64,000 bases of DNA, taken from positions 841,345-905,344 of the forward strand of contig NMRA01000023.1 of NCBI GenBank assembly GCA_002633005.1. The letters run 5' to 3'. The notes under the pieces are model-generated. The model was not told the origin of the DNA. It did not search any database and saw nothing but the letters and a program-made list of their open reading frames with translations. Of the stretch, positions 59,200 through 64,000 are shown piece after piece. Position 1 is the stretch's first letter; each line of letters begins with the position of its first letter. The position numbers were made by a program, and so were the translations under genes. The DNA comes from Phoronis australis (Eukaryota > Animalia > Phoronida).

Positions 59200-61190
59200 G
59201 GAAAACATTTATGTGCCAAACACAAATGCCTAATATAAACTATTTGTCAACAAACAGCCATCTTAGTGCGTTAAATATGTAAGTTGATGGAGTGTTAAAA
59301 GGCACACCGAGAATAATTCTGGCTGCCTGCTTCTGAGCATTCAATAAACAAGAAAATAAATTTGCATGGCATCTTAACCGCACAGTGGTACAATAAATAG
59401 ATAAAAATACACAGGCGCTGAAATGTTTCGGACACACTTTGGTGGGAAGACATGTTGATATGCGCCGGAGCAGACCAAGACGCTGTATAATTTTGGTCAC
59501 AGTCCCACTAATATGACTGGATCATCTAAGCGCCTTGTCAACAGTGACACCCAATTACTTTTCATTGTCAAATTGTTTGAGTTGCACACCCCAAAATTCC
59601 AGATTTAGTACAAGGTCACTTCTAATATGACGTTGCTTTGAGGCAATATTCATACATTTTTCAGTATCAATTACCATTTTCTAATCAACACACCAGGTAG
59701 CAACTTTTGCAGTGTCCAGTGAATTTGCCATAACGGATAAAGGAGAATCGTTTGCATACATATCAAATGCGATATCGCAGACCAAAGACAGATCGCAATT
59801 AATAAAAAAGAATCAGCAGAGGTCCTAGGATAGATCCCTGGGGGACACCGTATGTGTTAGCTCTGGACTCAGACAAACGTCCACTAAGGGATACAACCTG
59901 ACACCTCTCTGAGAGATACGGTCTAAACAACTTAGTGGATACTTGCCAATCCTATAAACCGACAATTTACCTAAAAGTATATAGTGATCAGCAAGATCAA
60001 AAACTTTCTTAAAATCTAAACTACGACACCAACATTGTGACCACTATTCATGCATTGTGCCCAGCCGTTAATAATGTTAATGAGGACAGTTTCACAGTAT
60101 TGGTCGTTTTTGAAATCGGACTGAGAGGCAACTACTAAATCATTCTCAGTCGAAAATGAGTAAAGATTATTGTGAACATGTTTCTCCAATAATTTGGATA
60201 AGACCTGCAAAATTGAAATTGTTCTGTAATTGTTTACATTGTCAGCAGCGCCACAAAGTAAGAAATTTGGAGATTACCTGCTATGTCAGTAAAAAAGCGT
60301 TAAAGTTATTAGGAGTCTGAGGTGTGGGAAGATATGAAGGGAATGTGGAAATTTTCATCAATCCTCAGCATGGCAGGTGATAATTTTCCTTTAGAAGCAA
60401 CTTGTTTGATGACTTCTCGTAACCTTTTGGGATTTGTGATATTGCCACTGATCTGTGAAGAGTCATAATCACTCTTTGTCGTTATAATCGTTGATACAAC
60501 ACGATTCCGTTTCATTATGTTGCCCTCATAATTACCGCGACGTCGTAGACTGTCCCCGAGCTTTATCGCTTCAAAATGTCATCACTGAACTATTCTGGTA
60601 GTGACGCACTCTTCACACGCTTAATATTCAATGCAGCTTGATAGTCTAAGATAAAGAAAAACAATTGCAGGCGGTCTGATACACGTTGTACCAGACGTGC
60701 ACAGGCCTCGCATGTGGGACCCATTGCACTAATCACCTGGAACTATAACTTGTAACATACATCAAGAGCATCATTGATACCATCTTATGCGTCGATGACT
60801 GACCAGGGAGCAATAGCAAGATCAGATTAGTTAAAGGCCTGGGCATCGAAACTATGAGTCACACATTCATGATGAAATTTGGTGCCAAAATGTCTTTACC
60901 CGACTATGCACAAAGAGTAGTGATCGCTCAATCCCTTTTCCCGTCACTTTGACTGTTCTCACGCACTCCAGAGCAGAAACATCAATCAGTGAGGCAGAAA
61001 CTGACACAGGCTCCATTACCACTTGATGGAGATTCAGGAATTGGTTCACATCTTTGAAGGGTTTTGAAACTTCATCCTTCCATTCGACATTAAAAACATC
61101 AACCTTAACCACCACATAGGCATACCTGGTAAACACAGACTCAAATCCTTCTAGCCAGTTCAGGGGGTGAAAACTCTTGTTTTGAGTCAA
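59200..61190 (-). mobile_element. Decayed CR1/L2-like LINE (reverse transcriptase pseudogene)
   Basis: Broken frames: ISILQVLSKLLEKHVHNNL, DFKKVFDLADHYILLGKL, VPQGSILGPLL, YANDS (from YADD), QKQAARIILG. Confidence 0.85.
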
Positions 61191-61272
61191 TATAACCTAT
61201 ACCTTAACCATATTCTCTATCTGAACACTCACTGGCAACGTCAAGTGAATTTGTAATGCGTAATTAGCTTAA

Positions 61273-63100
61273 AGGAGAATGCCACCCGATTTAATTAGTC
61301 TGTTTTACTGTCTTAGTAATCGGTCTATATCCACATCGACTCGGTCGACCTTACCTGTCGAGAGGTGTCGCGTTAAACTGTGAGGAAGGTGCGAAACGAC
61401 GCAGCGATGTCAATGGTTCATTTGCAGAGTGAATGTCGCTATGTTGCGATGCATCGTTCCCGCTTGTCCGAACTATACAGCTGCGAGGAAAGCGGGTATA
61501 TCGTTTCTGACTGCCTAGAGAGTCCGAAATGCGTAGGAAGTGGCTCGCGGTAATGAAAAATGAAAAGTACGCTGTTAATAGCAAGTATGAGGCCGTGAAA
61601 CATCTCCGTGTCTGTGGCAGGCAGTCATCGACAGTGAGTCTGACGAATGTCGGCCTACCAAAGAACTATCCATACGTTCCGTTGCCTGTGAATATTCACG
61701 GCCTCTCTCTAGTATTTCGTGATCACTGTATTCCAGTTCGAACTGATAGCCTGTGAAATTAACGATCCACCTGACGTGTGAAGTCTTCGTCGGATGAGCT
61801 CTCGTCTAAGTCGTGATTGCGAGTTCCCATGCTGACGTTAAATTTTGGGTTCTGTTTCAAAATGAATTATGCTCACCGTAACCAATGCTTCTATAAAACT
61901 GAAACAAAGTCTGGCTCATTAGATACAATTTGTAATGCCTTTGGAGTATTCGTGAGTGCAAATGTTTTGTAAGCCAGCAATGAACATGGGCGGCGCACCA
62001 TAGTGAGCGGGGGGGGGCTATACATGTAGCTCCCCACTTTTTTCAGCGCTACGCCGCACATGGTCTATAGGCTTTGAACCACTGGGGGGCTGAAGGGGCT
62101 TTAGCCCCCCACTGTTTTCAGCGCTCCACCGTCCATGATGAACAAACCACTGCTTTTCCGGCTTCAGATGCAATAAACGTAATTGACAGGGCACCAAGGT
62201 GGTGTGAACGCATGCTAATTTAGTGTTTGCTGACAGAAAACTGTTGTGGAACAATACCTCGATTTTATATGCTATGGTCATACAACCTGTATGTTAGGAG
62301 AATATTTTATTTAGATATACAAGTACATTGTTCACATCATTGTTACTGTACATCTTTTGCCCTAATGGTTCTGTAAAACTGTAACTTGATTTCGCGGGCC
62401 CCGACAGATTTGCAGTTTCGTGGTTAATTCACCAAAATAATTACGTGCACATCATTTCTTTGGGTCACTAGTATAGTCTTTTCGTGACTGGAGGTTTAGT
62501 TTCTAACTTAACCTAGTTAGTGTTCGTGATGTCCGGTCCCGGCCGCCGCTGACGGGCCTGATCGGGTTCTCATTCACTGGCTGGGATAACAAGCGTCGTT
62601 TTGTGTTTATCGCAAAACAAAAAGTACAACAACCAGCTTTCTTTCATGTCTTTATGTCACGGAAGAATGATTCGAATTTATCACCAAACTGACCCAAACT
62701 CCCGCGATCGACCATGATAAATTGGCCTATCAAACCAAGGAGTTTATACTCCTTGACCGAACCCTGTAGGCTACAGTACGTTCAAATACCTATAAATCCG
62801 TAACAGTGATATAAAACAACACGTTTGTTCAAGAAATCGATGTAATTGTAAGGGTTTTACATGTACATCGCAATATGATAATCTATTGGTGTAAAACGAT
62901 GAATTCAAACTATTAGTTGACACCAGTAAGCGTGTTGGGAACGGCTGAACAGAATGCGTTCGAACCAATTACGTCATTGGTTATTTTCAACACCTGTCTG
63001 CCGTCAGGTGTCAGGTAAAACAACTGAACTTGCTGTTAGAGAGTGGAACTACTTGACCTCAATTGATACAATTAAGTTGTGTTTAGGGAAGCATTTTCCT
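61273..63100 (+). mobile_element. Kolobok-type transposon, copy 5
   Basis: TTAA|AGGAGAATGCCACCC ... GGGAAGCATTTTCCT|TTAA; THAP remnant RKWLAVMKNEKY...HLRVCGR. Confidence 0.88.
61985..62137. mobile_element. 153-bp MITE nested in Kolobok copy 5, 5-bp target duplication
   Basis: TIR catgggcgg/ccgtccatg with atgaa on both sides. Absent from Kolobok copies 1-3. Related sequence at ~16040-16135. Confidence 0.75.
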
Positions 63101-63297
63101 TTAAGTGTCACTGAAACGTCTTAATTTTGTGAATGTGCCTCGAGAGATGCTTGGTCAAGGCGGAGTAAGCTGTAAAATAGGTCAACATTTTATTGTTATA
63201 CACACCACGCGATACTGAGATGAAACCAAGTATGGGACGGACAACAGAAATCGACTAGGTGGTTAAAAAGGCCTGGAACGCGATAAACAGTCTAAAT

Positions 63298-64000
63298 GGG
63301 GCTATTCGGAGAATTCTCCTCGCGGTGTCGCTGCTGTACTAGTGGTGATTGAATTGCGAATGCGTGGCTGTCTGCATGTAAACAACTGGTAAAAGATGGA
63401 ATTTTTATCAAAATACGTCGTCGCGCTAAGCCTTATTACTGCTAATTTCCCTAGTGCAAGTCTTCGACAGGTGGCCACAAATTCCAAAAGACCTAAGGTT
63501 ACTATATTCGTGGACAATTTCGGTCAAAAACGGTCAACTAACTGACATAAAGTGTGTGGATGCTGAAGCCCCGTATGTGCTCTATGACTAAGCAGTTCCA
63601 TTCGGAGACTACACCACATTACTTGGTAAGTTTTTAGCAATCAGTTTCTATCAACATCGTTCGGTGATGTTATCCCCACCAGTTACCCCACTGAATAACA
63701 GTTTTATTGGGTGGGAACTAAGCGTTTCTTTTTGGAAACTCACCCGATGCCGGGTAGGCTAGCAGCACATATTCATATTGTCCTGGGTGGGAGTGCTCCC
63801 AAAATAAGAGGTGTATGGTACGTGATGCACAGAAGTCAAGAGTGACTTTTTCACAGCAGTTTCTCTTCAAAACTATGCTGTTTCCAATAAAATTCTCTAG
63901 ATGAGTGAGTTTCCTTATTTTATCGTGGACCCCACCCCCAGGACCACCAGCTCAGTTATCGAATTAACATGAATAAGCCTTAATTCAGTAAATGTCGTAA
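63298..64000. mobile_element. ISL2EU-like transposon, copy C (runs off the window)
   Basis: AT|GGGGCTATTCGGAGAATTCTCC; colinear with 30480-31177. Confidence 0.88.

Overview
Repeat-rich, intron-containing animal genomic DNA, probably from a marine invertebrate (species not determinable). Nearly all ORFs in the supplied track are spurious; the real genes are spliced. I reconstructed three genes by hand from GT-AG boundaries and exon phase. (1) A minus-strand Zasp/PDLIM-type PDZ gene (coding exons 8244-8131, 1752-1604, probably 215-128) that appears to encode a ~116-aa PDZ-only protein. (2) A complete 10-exon minus-strand YIPF3 orthologue (29493-17976, 341 aa). (3) A plus-strand 11-exon secreted astacin (M12A) metalloprotease with three C-terminal fibronectin type II modules (36388-55348, ~460 aa), whose propeptide is built from micro-exons. 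The rest is a dense, nested set of non-autonomous DNA transposons plus CR1-like and RTE-like retroelement remnants. The transposons include five Kolobok-type copies with a decayed THAP finger, three ISL2EU-like copies with AT duplications, hAT-like elements, MITEs and a foldback family. Main highlights: the gelatinase-like astacin-(FN2)3 architecture; paralogue comparisons suggesting the abundant TACATGTA motif is a Tc1/mariner-type excision footprint; a probable ISL2EU excision scar; and YIPF3 exon 1 and promoter enclosed between two inverted transposon copies. Family assignments come from recalled motifs, not database searches.
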